From Camelus ferus (Eukaryota): a stretch of 64,000 bases of DNA. Position 1 is the first letter of the stretch. Every line of letters starts with the position of its first letter. Location: the NCBI RefSeq assembly GCF_009834535.1, contig NC_045696.1, positions 107,572,001 through 107,636,000 on the forward strand. Direction: 5' to 3'. The translations under genes and the position numbers were made by a program. This document shows positions 26,291 to 39,609 of this stretch, in pieces. Below the pieces are notes generated by a model, which searched no databases, had not been told where the DNA came from, and worked only from the letters and a program-made list of their open reading frames with translations.

Positions 26291-28703
26291 AAGGAATTCC
26301 TTTGCCATGACTATCCACATGACGTATGTTTTTTCCTTCCCAGGGAGGAAGCTCTGCCATAGTTACTTTCCCCATACAGGGAATTCATTAATAGTCCAGT
26401 TTTTTCATTGCCATTTGCCTGACCAGATGTCTAGGTCATTGGCAACAGCTCATGAGCTGGTGAAAAATGTATCAAGAAATGGCAGTAGGAGTGGTCTGCA
26501 TTGCCATCACCACATCGGAGAGCTTGGTCTGTCGGAATGCCCATATCTGATAGTCGAAAGATGGCCAACCATTGGCCAGGTGGTGGCTGTGGCCCAGCAG
26601 ACCTCATCTGCCTTTGGTTTCACTGAGCTGTCAGTAAACTGTGCTATACTGCCAGCAGGCTCATCTTTGAATCTTGGGCCCCAGTTTCCATTTTGTGATG
26701 AAGTATATTGAGCCTTTCCAATTTTATCAGTAGGCTATGTAATTACCCAAGTGAAAATAGACAGTTCAGGCTGCAGTATCATTACATGTGGCACCCTGGC
26801 CATAACATGCTTCATTTTCTCCAGTGCCTAATTGTAAGGAAATACCATTCAGAAAGGTTGGGCTGGGTCACAGCTTCTGGAAGTTTGCGTATCCAGAATC
26901 CAAAAACCCAGTGCACCACAGTGGCAGTTTCCTTCTGCCATAGACTCCAGTTTGTGTGTGTGTGTGTTGATGGGGGGGTTGCAGAAACCCGCACTCCTTT
27001 TAGGCTTGAGAGGCTACACAACAGTTCTTGTAGCTCTTAATATGTTTTCGAAAATAATTTTGCAAAAATGTTGATAAATATGCCCAGCCCCCCCAAAAAA
27101 ATTATTTTCTTCCTCTATGTTTCTTTCTGTTTTCATATTTTAAATATTCAAACAAAAATATTAATCAACTGTGGGTTAGACAATGTGTTAAATAGCATTC
27201 AGGTTTGAATAAGATCTTGTGTAATAGGATGACAACAAAGCATTTAGGTCCTATAATAGAAGTAACTTCAGAGTATAGCAGAACCCCAAAATAGAGAAAT
27301 TGCAAAAAGGCAACTGGAGTTCTCATGTAAGTTATTGTTAGGTGTTATTGCTAAATTACTGTAATGTAAGCAGGCCATGTTATAGGTGAAGAACCAAGAT
27401 TTGGCGGACATCACTGGACAAAGTGAAGATAAAAGTCTGTTAATGTCTTTGTTCTACTTATAATTTGCTATGTGAATTTGGATGGATGGAGTAATTTAAT
27501 CTTTTGGCCTTAATTTCAAATGTAGAGTTAGACGTAAGGAAACTTCTTATATGCTATGTTAGATCTGGGGTTATGATTTTACCTTGGGTCAGCTGTCTTT
27601 AGTCTTTTGCTTATCTGTTGTTGATATCTTGTGATTATAGATATGTATATATATATTACAGAGTAGTTTTGTTGGCTTTCCACCTGTCTTGCCTTCAGGA
27701 AGACCATGTCTTATTGGCCATCTTACAGAGATTCCGGTTGACTGCTCTTCAACATTGCTGCCCATTACAATTATATGCCCCCCTTGCATCTGATAGTTAA
27801 GTGATACTACCTTGTTTCTGCTGTTCTGTGATATCATCTCCATTGCTGCTGGAAGCTAAATTCTGTTTGAGTATCTCCTCTTGCCATCTCTACCCTACAG
27901 AAAACAGCCGTTATGGAGCTTCTTAGTAATGCTTTTGCCTCCGTTTTGTCTTTTCCTTATTGCCTTGATAAACAGTATTCTCTGGGTCCTCCTGAGGAAC
28001 ATACTTAACTAGTAGGTCTTCTGAGCTTATACAGCACATCTTTTCTGGCTACTAGCGTTGTCCTTAAGGACACTTGCTTCACTTGAGGTTTCTATATTTT
28101 TAGCAGGGATAGGGAGGAGGCATGCTATCCTCTAACAAGGAGACATGAAACTTATTAGCAGGCCCACGTGTTCTTGGGAAACGTGGCATTCAAAGTTCTC
28201 AGCTACATCCACCCAGTTATTCTTTGGACTTGTACTTCTTTCCTGTATGATCCTGATTTTGGCATAGACTGGGATGCAAAGTCTCTTAAATTCTGCCACC
28301 CTTAAAATTGAGTTCTAGACTTGGTCTTCAATATGATCAGATCTTTATCTGCAGGAAATAAAAGTCTCTTTAAATGTTGCCAAAGAGGTAGCAAACACTT
28401 GATTTAAACTAGTAATTAGCTTGTCATTTTCTTTCTTTAGCATCTCAGTGACAGCCACCCAATTCCAAAGTCCTTAGAGTCCCTGGCTCCCTCAAATGCT
28501 TGGCATATTGTACATACTAAGTGCACATCCCCTTTCACCCACAGGTGAATGAGCAAAATGACTGCTATTCTATGTCAGAGACTATCATTAACTTCACCTA
28601 CCACTAGTAATTGGGTCCTTCCTCATAGTAGTCCATCCTTCAAGTGATCCAACCTCGGAACCCATCACTGAAGTTGACTTCCTAAGACCACTCTTGGAAC
28701 CAG
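26291..28703 (-). mobile_element. Degraded ERVL/MaLR-type internal sequence (gag and pol/RNase H remnants)
   Basis: ORF 27589-27843 has KVVSLNYQMQGGH...WPIRHGLPEGKTGGKPTKLLCNIY, resembling ERVL Gag QVAALNHQRQGG...WLINHGVPRSEIDRKPT (recall). Minus-strand ctcatgagctgttgccaatgacctag near 26430-26455 resembles the DSWAVANGL RNase H motif. Confidence 0.7.
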
Positions 28704-29200
28704 CTGTTTAGGTTCACATTCCCTAGAAGCCAAGTCTTAATCAGAGATTTTTGTGCTAGTGATACACTGGGGTTGTACTCAGAAGAATCCTGTAAGAAAG
28801 TGAGAAAATAGGATAAAGCAAGAAACACACTAACAGAAATGTGGTTTCAGGAGAAGTTTTGTCAGCATCATTTCAAAAGGAGCTTTGCAGAGTAAATTGC
28901 TCCTCAGAGATTGTCCTGCCCTGAGGCAAGGAGATTGGGCTTTTTATCCTCCTAAATCATTCCCCACTGGCTATGAGCTTCATCCTGGAGGAGAGAAAGG
29001 ATGTGGAGAGGAGTGGCAAGGTGGAGCATAGGAATCTTTGTGCCAGGTGGTTATTTTCAGCCACGGTCGGTTATTTTCAGCCATGGTCAGTGCTCCGGAG
29101 AAAGATCCAGATAGGAGCCATTAGTAGTCAGTATGGGAGCAAGTGGGAAAGATTAGCCTTGTCAATTAGGATTTGTAATCTGGGGAAGGGGCATCAACAG
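28704..29200 (-). mobile_element. Old MLT1 (J/K-like) LTR adjoining the internal remnant
   Basis: ccactcttggaacca (internal-LTR junction type) followed by tgtttaggttcacattccctagaagc...gagattt...gtgctagtgat. Confidence 0.6.
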
Positions 29201-29256
29201 CATGTGCCAGTTACCCATTATGTGCTAGAGACTTTACCAACAAGCATTATCTCATT

Positions 29257-29451
29257 CAGTGGTATGCTAGAGCTACCTTGAATCAGCTTTCAGGAGAGTG
29301 GTTATGCACATCCCTTCACATGTATGAGTTCACTATCATTGGTAGCTTGAAATTGGCCAAGGAGGGAGTATTTACATCACAGAAATCTGGAAAAGCAACA
29401 GATCAGGACCCCCCCAAGTTAGTTGTTAAAACTTTTACCAGCATACCCCTG
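29257..29451. mobile_element. MER63-like hAT-Blackjack MITE inserted into a MIR (MIR about 29210-29256 and 29452-29625)
   Basis: Terminal inverted repeats cagtggtatgctag / ccagcatacccctg (12 of 14 match). Internal ttggtagcttgaaattggcc...gggagtatttacatcacagaaat. Confidence 0.8.
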
Positions 29452-30273
29452 CATTTAAACCTTAGAACAACCTTATGAAGTTGGTATCACTATTTTATAA
29501 ATGAGTAAACTGAGTATCAGAGTGATTGATATCTTGCCATCTCTCATGTAGCTAGTAAGGTATAGAACTGGAAATCTAGTTTTGTCTGAATCCACAATTT
29601 GGATTCCCTGCTATTAAAGCACATTACTTCATTTTGAACATAGAAACTTCATTTTCTTTTGAATTATTTGAGAGAGTTTGGCTAAATATCTAAATGACCC
29701 TGAATGCACTTTGACCACCAACATCTTCTATTCCAACTTAATGATTTTGTTATATTTCTCTAGTAAATAGCAGCTTGAGGGCACATCACTCTATGTTGCC
29801 TGTTTTAAACGTTCTTACCTTCATCATGTTTTCCTAAGTGTTCTTTCTGAAATGTAAAAAGTATCTGGTAAATGTTTGTTAAATGAATAAATGGTGACCC
29901 TTTAATATGAAATTAGGTTTTTCTACAGGAAGGACAAATTAGCATACTCTTCTTTAATTGAAATCATAGGTTAAAAATTCTCTCAAAGTGCCTCAGTATA
30001 ATATGGAAAATATTTCATGTTGAATCAGAATTGATATATATTTGAAATAGGTATAGCTTACTCTCAAGTAACTAAGGGGTTTTTAGTGCATTTTTAATTA
30101 AATACAGCTGCATTACAGTTGCTTGGTTCCACCTTATGTTGAATTACAATATGAAGTGAATTGAATGGTTAAGCTGAGAATTACTTTAGTCTTCATATAG
30201 ACTTGAAAATCTTTTCAGCTTCTGTGGTGTGGAATTGATAGCTTCTGTTGTGTTTTTATTTGTATTTCTGAAG

Positions 30274-30372
30274 CAAGGAGAAGTCAGGCTGAAGTGTTTG
30301 AAAGCTCTCCAAAGCCTATATACCAATAGAGAATTATTCCCCAAATTGGAGCTATTCACTAACCGATTCAAG
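30274..30372 (+). CDS. STAG1: STAG1 coding exon (approx. exon 11), 99 nt
   Basis: Acceptor tatttctgaAG, donor AAG|gtgaga. Translates [33 protein letters not shown]. Confidence 0.96.
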
Positions 30373-30875
30373 GTGAGAATGCTTAGCTTATTTTATTTTT
30401 TGCTTTAAAAGTGGTAGTTATAGCTAGTTTAGCAAATGATGTTACCAGAACAAGTGTTTAGTTTATATTCTTTATTGTATATTCTTTAAATGAACGTTTA
30501 TTACTTAGATGAATGAATGAATCTCTGCTTTGCAAAGGATATTATCAACATGAGTTCTTATTTATTGCCTTCAGTAGAAGGCTCTCCTGCTTAAATAAGA
30601 TTTGCTTTATATACAACTTGTTATAATTATATTAATTTTGCAAGTTAAGGTTTGTCTCTGTTAGAGAATGCCAGTTGATGAAAAAGATTTTAGATTATAA
30701 ACATTTATGTTAACACCTCTTTTGTATAAGTAGGACTATGATAATATGGTTTCAAGAGTAAAACTTTACATTTAATCTATCATTAGTCTTCCATGTACTC
30801 CCCCAAAGACATTATCTCAGATCTTTCTCAACTTATTTTCTGTCCATGCTTGGTTTGATCTGTAACTTTTTTCAG

Positions 30876-30955
30876 GATCGCATTGTATCAATGACACTTG
30901 ATAAGGAATATGATGTTGCTGTGGAAGCTATTCGATTGGTTACTCTGATACTTCA
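30876..30955 (+). CDS. STAG1: STAG1 coding exon (approx. exon 12), 80 nt
   Basis: Acceptor ttttttcAG, donor CA|gtgagt. Translates [26 protein letters not shown](H). Confidence 0.97.
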
Positions 30956-31233
30956 GTGAGTATAACATTTGTTAATATTTTAATTTCATCCGTTGATAAA
31001 TTTATAATTTTTTCCCAGCATTATTGATGTACTTCATATGTATAACTGTAATACATATTTTTATCACTCTAGGTTCTACTTTTACATTTCAGGGTTAAGT
31101 TTGAAACAAAATATTTTGTTTTCTCTCTGTTTTTTATTTTGAATATTGTCTGTTTCCTTCATATAAAAGTTCCTTTATGCAATCCAGAGGAATTATCAGT
31201 GAAGTTAACATACCTTTCTGTTTAAAAAGAGAG

Positions 31234-32110
31234 AGATGCTAAATATCACTAAGTATCAGAGAAATGCAAATCAAAACTACAGTGAGGTATCACCTCACAA
31301 CTGTCAGAATGGCCATCATTCAAAAGTCCACAAATGATAAATGCTGGAAAGGGTGTGAATAAAAGGGAACCCACTTACACTGTTTAGGAATGTAGTTTGG
31401 TGTGGCCATTACGGAAAACAAGCTGGAGATTCCTCAAAACACTGAAAATAGACTCAGCATATGATCCAGCAATTCCACTCCTGTACATATATCCAGAGGA
31501 AACTCTAATTCAAAAGGATACATGCACCCCAGTGTTCACAGCAACACTATTTATGATAGCCAAGCCATGGAAACAACCTAAATGTCTATTGACATATGAC
31601 TGGATAAATAAGTTGTGGTATATTTATACAATGGAATACTACTCAGCCATAAAAATAATAAAATGCTATTTGCAGCAACATGGATGGACCTGGAGAATGT
31701 CATTCTAAGTGCAGTAAGCCAGAAAGAGAAAGAAAAATACTGTATGATATCACTTACATGTGGAATCTTAAAAAAAAAAAAAAAAGACAAACGAACTTAT
31801 TTATAAAACAGAAACAGATTTACAGACATAAAAAACAAACTTATGGTTACCGGGGGAAAAGGGGTGGAAAGGGATAAATTGGGAGTTCGAGATTTGCATA
31901 TACTAACTACTGTATATAAAATAGATAAACAACAAGTTTATACTGTACAGCACAGGGAACTGTATTCAATATCTTGTAGTAATGTATGGTGAAAAAGAAT
32001 ATGAAAACGAATGTATGTATGTTCCTGTATGTCTGAAGTATTGTGCTGTACACCAGAAATTGATACAACATTGTAAACTGATTATACTTCAATAAAAATA
32101 TATTTTTAAA
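31234..32110 (+). mobile_element. Young 5'-truncated L1 3' end, sense to STAG1
   Basis: ORF2 C-terminal peptide YDPAIPLLYIYPEETLIQKDTCTPVFTATLFMIAKPWKQPKC, 3' UTR, and AATAAA at 32091-32096. Flanked on both sides by aagagagaga (probable TSD). Confidence 0.93.
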
Positions 32111-32329
32111 GAAGAGAGAGAGAGAAGCCTTCAAAGGGGATAGGTTTTTCAAATAGGCTTCTTTGGAATGATATAGAAGGAGAAGAAAGGAAATAAGGCA
32201 TTTAAATAGTGTCGTTATAAAAACTAGGAAGTATCTAAGTGAAAGTATGCAAGTCCTTAACAAAGTCATTATAGATCCTCCCCTCCCTACTTCTTGATGC
32301 TATATCTATTATACACCAAACATCATGTA

Positions 32330-34700
32330 TGCTAGGGTCTGTTGTTTCGATCTCTTTTTACCTCTTTCTGCTCTAGTAGCATATTCTTTTTTTTGTGGCT
32401 TTATAATGTAGTATATGTTGATGTTATAAATATGGCCTCTAAATGGTTGATTCCTTCTTTTTGCTTTTTCTTTTGAAAATCCACTTAGCTGCTTGTGGAT
32501 TTTTTTTTCTTCTTTATGAATTTTTTAAGTACTTTTCTCTAATTCTTCAGATACTTTGGTTGAGATTTTAAATACTAGAACTACATTTAATTTTATGATT
32601 AATTTAGGAGAGAATGGAATTTTTTATAATTATATATCATTTATACATGAAAGTGATGCATTTCTTTATTCAAATCTCATTAGGTTTAAATAAGGTTTAA
32701 ATTTTTTCATAACTGTATTGTACATTATTAGGTTAATTCTTAAATACCTTATGGTTTTGTTGTTGTATGATTAGTATTTAGTGTTAAAAATATTTTCTAC
32801 TTGCTTATTGCTGAGGCAGAGAAACCTTTCATTTTTATGTTGGTCTTATATGTGCAGCCTATAGAACTTTTATCCGTTTTGATAGTTTGTGTTGGATTTA
32901 CTATGTAGATTATTATATGATCTGCAGATGTTTTTGGTTTTGTCTTCTTTTCTAACCTTAAAACTTTTGTTTTATTCTCTTACCTACTTGCATTGGCCAG
33001 GACATTAAGCACTATAAAAATATGACTGGTAGTGGGGTTTTTTTGTTCTTGTTCTAAGAAGGTATCTAAAGTTCTTTATAACTGCAGTTTCTGAGATAGG
33101 TCTTTGATATGATAAAAGTTCCTTTGTATTCTCAGTTTTTTGGGATTTTCCTTTCATAAATTGATAAGCTTGAATGAAATTGATTGATCTTTTCTAATGG
33201 TAAACCATCCCTGCATTTCTATAATAAATCCTATTTAAACAGACATATTTGTTTTCACTGTTTTGCTTAAATGCAGTGTTATATTTAATATCTTATTTAG
33301 GATTTTCACACCTGTATCATGTGTAAATTTGACATACTTTTTTTTTTGGTTACTTGTACAACTTTGAAATCAATGTTATATACCATTTGTAAGATACCTT
33401 TAATAGCTTTTCACCCTTTTTCTGTACTGAAATAAAGTTTCTATGACAGAGATTAATTTTTCCTTGACATTTTGAGAGAATTCTCTTGTGAAAGCTGTGT
33501 CAGTTTTGAGCTTCTTTGATTAATATTTCTACTTCTTTAGTGGTTATCTATCTATAGTAACTTTTATTTCCTCATGTATTAATTTTGGCTTTTTGTAAGC
33601 TTTTTAAAATATATCAATTTCATCACAGTTTTCAACTTTATTATTTTATAGCTCATGATTTTTTTCATAAAACTGTTTCTTTTTTTAATTCCTTTCTCAT
33701 CATTCATTTTATCTGTATATTCTTTTTCTTGATCAGTCATGCCAGAGGTTTGTCCATCTTACTGTTGCTTTTCAGAGAACTAGCTTCTTTTAGCTGTTTG
33801 TTTCTTGCTTTGAATAATCATATTTAAAATAATAAATATACCTTTAAGTGCTAATTTACTAGTCTCCTAAAAATTTGGACATAGTATATTTCCATAGATC
33901 TTTAGTGGTAAATATTTTGATTACCTTTATGACTTTCAATTCAATCAATTCAGTACTTGTTTTTGTTCTCCCTGGATCAGATTGTTTAACATGTTGATCG
34001 CCCACTGTGGATCTGTGTGTGTTTCCTCCGAGGCCCAAATTCACATTTCACCCCAGTATGACACACTAACAATATATGTGCTTATAATTAATCTGTTTGT
34101 TTTTCCAGAACAATTGGAATTGTTTTAAAAAACCATTTCTTTTCTTGTTCTCAATTTGCAACCTCTTTACAGCTTTATTTCTTCTTGGAATTTCATTACT
34201 CTGCACAGAATAAATTTGGAATAATTGGATGAAGGAAAGCGTCACCCATATCTGGGTGACAGAGCCCCTAAGGAAACACAACTGTTACTCATATTTGGGT
34301 GATGTGGCGATCAGTGTGTTAAAGCTGTTCTATTTTATAGCATTATTTGAGAATGTGTTCTGAGTGTTTGGTAAATAGGTATATTTAAAAATAAATGTCT
34401 ACCTTGTATATATAGTTATGTATTTATATTCATTACATTGAATTTATTTACTTTGTCATGCAAATTATCAATATCTGCTTATTTTTTGTCTACTTTTTAA
34501 GAGGGATGTGTTAACTACTGTTGTTGACTTACCTTTCTTTGTAGGTTGTTGCTTGGTATATCTCAGAATATATATATAGATCAGTACCTCTGTGTTCATG
34601 ATTTGTACATTTTCTGAAGTATTCACTTTATCCTTACATCCCATTCTTCATTTATGAAGAGTTTTTTCCTTTTCAATTCTATTTTAAAACATGAGGCCTC
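32330..34700 (-). mobile_element. Very old antisense L1 remnant
   Basis: T-rich sequence with degenerate L1 antisense motifs (attaatttaggagagaatgga; tttttcttgatcagtcatgccagaggtttgtccat). Confidence 0.6.
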
Positions 34701-36808
34701 CTACTTATAGTTTCCTTATTAATTTCACAAGCTTATTGATGCCTTTCCTTGAACAAAAAAATACCCACATTTTACCCACCCATCTGTTTCATTGGGAATT
34801 GTCTAGAGTTTAAAATCTATTGCTAAGGATTACTTTCTTACTTTTTTTGTTTTTGCTTCCTTTTTTATTTAGTTTCAGTACTTGCTCATTTAGACAGAAG
34901 TAAACTTTGCTTTGATATTACTTCTTCCCTTACTCCCAAGGAAGAATAATTTTCTCATAGACTCCTCCAATATTATCTTTCCAGCTAGTTTACTTCCTTA
35001 AAGTGTATTTTCTAATCATCTGAGACCTTGTTTGACTAAAAAATCTTACTTTATTCATGAATAGAAAATGGTTTGGCTATTTTCAAAAGTCTATTTTTGA
35101 GGTTATTTTCTGCATTTTCACTGGAAGACATAAGGGCAGAACATGTTTTATCTAAAAGGGATAGTATGGCCCTCCAGCTGTGTCAGATGACCTAATTCAC
35201 TAGATACATTGGTCCTTTTGAAGATTCCTCAGAGAGCTTTCCCCACTTTAGGTATTTGAGACTGTGGTTCACCAGAGTGGACGATGCCTCCCCTGGCTAT
35301 TTACTTTGACTCAGCCCCTAACTTTCAGATTTCCTCTGCTTGACTTGCTTGCTCCATAGGTAGTCTTGTTGGGGAAAATATCTTTTAAAACCATCCAGGC
35401 TGGTTCCCTTTAAAAAGTATTTCATATCTGGCATCAAAGAAATTAGAGGAAGTATGGATTTATACTCATTGTATTGCTCAATCTCCTAATTTCTACTTTA
35501 TATATTATTTTGGTGAATAATGAGCTAAGGTTTACAAAACTAACTCTCCAGTCTCTTACAGCATTTGCATGAAATGATCTGGACTTATTTTTCTTGGCTT
35601 GTGGTATCTCTAACTAAACTTTCCCAAACAATAAGCAAAGTTACATTAAACATCCTGTTATACCATCTTTAAATTCCTTTTCTACCCATCTGTTTATTCT
35701 CTTTCTTTTGGTATAGATTATTTTCGTTTCACTTATGAGTTTATGTTACTGACATACCCTGTTAAATTTTTTTCCTATGAATTTAACTTTATCCTGAAGG
35801 TATTAGCTAATTGATCTGATGATATATATATAATTTAGTGAAGAGATTAAAACTTAGGCTTTGTTGAGAGGGGGTAGAAGTATGCTTTAAAAAAGGCTTC
35901 TAATCTGTGTCCCATCCTTGATATCCAGCTCTTTTTCATTCAGAACTATATTTCTGCCTTATACTGTGATGCAACTATCTTCTTTTGCTGCAAAGATTAT
36001 TCTAATTTTATATTTATTTGACAGATCCCTCAATCTCCTCCTAGCTTCTGAGGCATCTCTGGGATTGAATTCTAGGGAATGAGTTTATACCCCTACAACT
36101 TGTCAAGAACCTGTACAACCAAGAATTCTATTTGTCATCTAGTTGTTAATCTAAAATCCTATCACATAGTTTTAATCATATTAGTAGTCAGGAAATACAT
36201 GCTCCTTTTTGGGGAAAGAAAATACTTAAAGATATATTCCAGCAAACTAAAAAAATTTTCAAACTTTAAGAATACATGAATGGAAAGGTGAGAAATTTGT
36301 GTTAGTAAAGGAGTGGTTGTTGACTAGTGAATCCATATTTATATAGAAAGAAGACTAAGTAGTATTGTAAATATTATGATAAAATGTAATTTAAAACAGA
36401 CAATTCTAGAAAGAAGGGTTGCATAGTATAATAATAATTTAACTCTGTGTAACAAGGACAAATATATCTCCAAGTGACTATTAACAAAAATCTTAGGCAC
36501 CTTTAAAGAAACTGAGCTAATTTGGGCTAATATATATCCAAAGGTATTGACAGTCTTTGTCTGTAGTTGTGTATTGGAAGAAATGTGGACATTTTATTTT
36601 CTTGTTTTATCTATTTTCTGAATTTTCTGTAACAATTAATTGTCTTTCATAATTAAAGAAAAATACTGCTTTCAAATTCAGACTAAAATTATGAAAATAA
36701 AATTAGTATACCTTGAGCTTTTATAAAAAACTTTTTAAAAATGTTAATAACAATAGAACTGACAGTAAACATTTGTCTTGGCTTAATGTTGCTTTCTGAA
36801 ATTTACAG

Positions 36809-36916
36809 TGGAAGTGAAGAAGCTCTTTCCAATGAAGACTGTGAAAATGTTTACCACTTGGTATACTCAGCACATCGCCCTGTTGCTGTGGCAGCTGGAG
36901 AGTTCCTCCACAAAAA
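36809..36916 (+). CDS. STAG1: STAG1 coding exon (approx. exon 13), 108 nt
   Basis: Acceptor aaatttacAG, donor AA|gtgagt. Translates (H)[35 protein letters not shown](K). Confidence 0.97.
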
Positions 36917-36954
36917 GTGAGTTAATTATCTTTGAAACCAGGTTGCACTCTTGT

Positions 36955-36975
36955 GTGGTGGTGGTGGTGGTGGTG
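36955..36975. repeat. (GGT)n microsatellite just downstream of the exon 13 donor
   Basis: gtggtggtggtggtggtggtg is directly visible. Confidence 0.85.
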
Positions 36976-39450
36976 TTGTTTTAGAGTTAGTAAAAGAAAG
37001 TAGTAGTGATTGAAAACAGTGCTAGATGCAGCCATTACAAATTCTGGGGGCTATAATATCCTCACAGCCCACATGCACATCATGGATCACATCCCTGAGA
37101 ATGATGTCCCTTGAGAAATCTGGAAGGATGTTTCTCAGCTATGTTGTGAGTGGAGATTAGGGAAGTACTTGAAGTATTTAAAAGCTCCCCTAGGTAAGTG
37201 TTTTTTTTTTTCCCACCAAAATTTTTTCTCTTTTAAAATTTTGAGTACTCATCTTACTTTCTCAACATTGGTAATCTAAAGTCATCTTGAAAATGCCTCC
37301 CAACTTTTTTTTTTTCCATTCAGAATTTCTGTTAGGATGAGGATCATTTTAATCAGTAATCATAGTAATGCTGAAAATTATATAGCAGTTGCCATTTAAT
37401 TTAAAAACAAAATCTCATCTACTTTGACAAAGCATACAGCCAATGAGAGTTTATGGATATAATTAAACATTCTTATGAAATACATTTTTTGATTATGGTC
37501 TACTGTATATGTTCTATCATTTATTAGTAGATTAATTCATTCTTAAAATGGAGACATATTCTTGGGCAGGGAGGTGTTTTGCTTTGTTCTTATTTTTTTT
37601 GTACATAGATTTAACTTAGTGACTTTGATCACTGGCAGGTGATTATGCCATTACATGTAGTAATTTGTGATTATGCCAAGCACAGATGTAAATCATGCAC
37701 TGGGCAACTGTTGTACATGGATGATTAACTCTGATAATGAGCAGTCCTGGCCCTCCATCCAGCATCAGCATCTCAGTGCTGCAACTACAAACTGTTCTCT
37801 ATTCAGTGGTATCTCTCAAAGTGGAAAAAGTTGTTTCTGTGTGAAAAATCTTTCTTTAAGAAGGAAGCTGGTTACTAGTGCAGGCTGGTAATGAAAGTGA
37901 GGAAGAAAGTCAAGATTTTCAGGCATGACTTTTAAAATAAGATACTGAATTTGCCAGTAACTCTGACATCATTGGCTAATAGAGTAGTGCTATTTCCATG
38001 TGTATTATTCAGGTGTTACCTGTCACAGATATCAAGGGTATACTGTAGTCTTAACTTCCCTTCCTTTTTCAGGACTATTATATTCTTGTTAGCCTCTATT
38101 GTCTACTTAACTTTTCAAAAAGCTTTGTATTTTTGGAAAGAATTTATTGTTTCTATAGTTTCCCAAAAAAGGGAGACTAAAAAGTTTGATTCTCTGTGAA
38201 ATAAGGCCATAAACACTTCACTTGAGTCAGAAAGAGCCCTTGGATATATTTAATTCTCTCTGTATTGTATTTTTCTAAGTAGTTGACACACTTGCTAAAA
38301 TATTTTCAACTGTAATATTGTATATAAAAATCCACAAGAGTGAGTCTCCATTATTTCTTACTTCTTTATGAAAATGAAGCCAATTCTTAAGCAAATGAAA
38401 GCTTCATTCCATGAAATTGTTTTATGCCCCTGCCCTAGAGATACTCACAGTTTGAGAACTTTTGATTCTTAATGATCTCTTTGAGCATTTCCCCACCGTT
38501 TAATACTGTGATCTTTTAAAATCTTAACAAGTAAGCTGTAGAGTAGACCCAAGAATTCCATGATTATATTTTTTCAAGAAAAAGTGCATGCATGCACATA
38601 CATATTTAGTCTGTTTCGTAGTCTAGTTTATAAGATATACACATAACTTAACCAAACATCCAAAAAATTTTTCCCCTTCCCTCCAAAATACACAATTTCT
38701 CTATACTCATTTTATGCTTGAAATTGGTTTGTATTTTATGTCACATGAAGTTCATTTATGGAGTCTCTGATTTTAGAGGCCTATGGTGACTTCCATATCT
38801 AAAGCAGCACACTCTATATCCCTGTTTCTAGACCGTTTTTTCTTGTAACATCTGAGTTGGTATATATTGATCTACTGTTTATCTCCATCCACTAGAATGA
38901 GAACTCAGTGAGAACAGGGACTTTGTTCACTCTTATATCCCTTTTATCTAGAGTAGTACCTGGGAATGAGGCAACTTTAGCAGTCCTTAAGTTTTGTTAG
39001 AATAAATCCATCAGTAAATTAAGATTTTCAAGTCATTTCTTTGCCGTATTTTAGATTTGTCACTAAGTAGTAGTTTTATAAGTTTAATGTTTATTTCATT
39101 TTATTCAATACTATTCAGTTAGTGAGTACTATTTCTAAGTAATAGGCCAATAAATAGAAAATAATGCAAGAAGTCATACTATTATTGATGGAGCATTTGG
39201 TTAAATTTTATAATTACTTGACTGTGAAATCAATATTTAAGAAAATAGAACTCTATTTAAAATTATATACTTTAGTGTCTATCATACAGAATAAAAAGTT
39301 TATATTTCATAAACATTAGAACATTCACTAGTCATCAGTAAAAAAGCTTTCTTTAACACTTTATATTCACTGATACTGTTTCTTTTCTTTTTAAAAAAAC
39401 TGAAATAATTTATACCTTGAAGGGAAAGATTAAAATTCATATCCACATAA

Positions 39451-39609
<159 letters not shown>

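Noticed and set aside
26307..27040. Overlapping plus-strand ORFs of 134 and 110 aa as a nested gene
   Set aside because: They show no recognisable homology and lie antisense to an ERVL-type remnant, so chance open frames are the simpler explanation.
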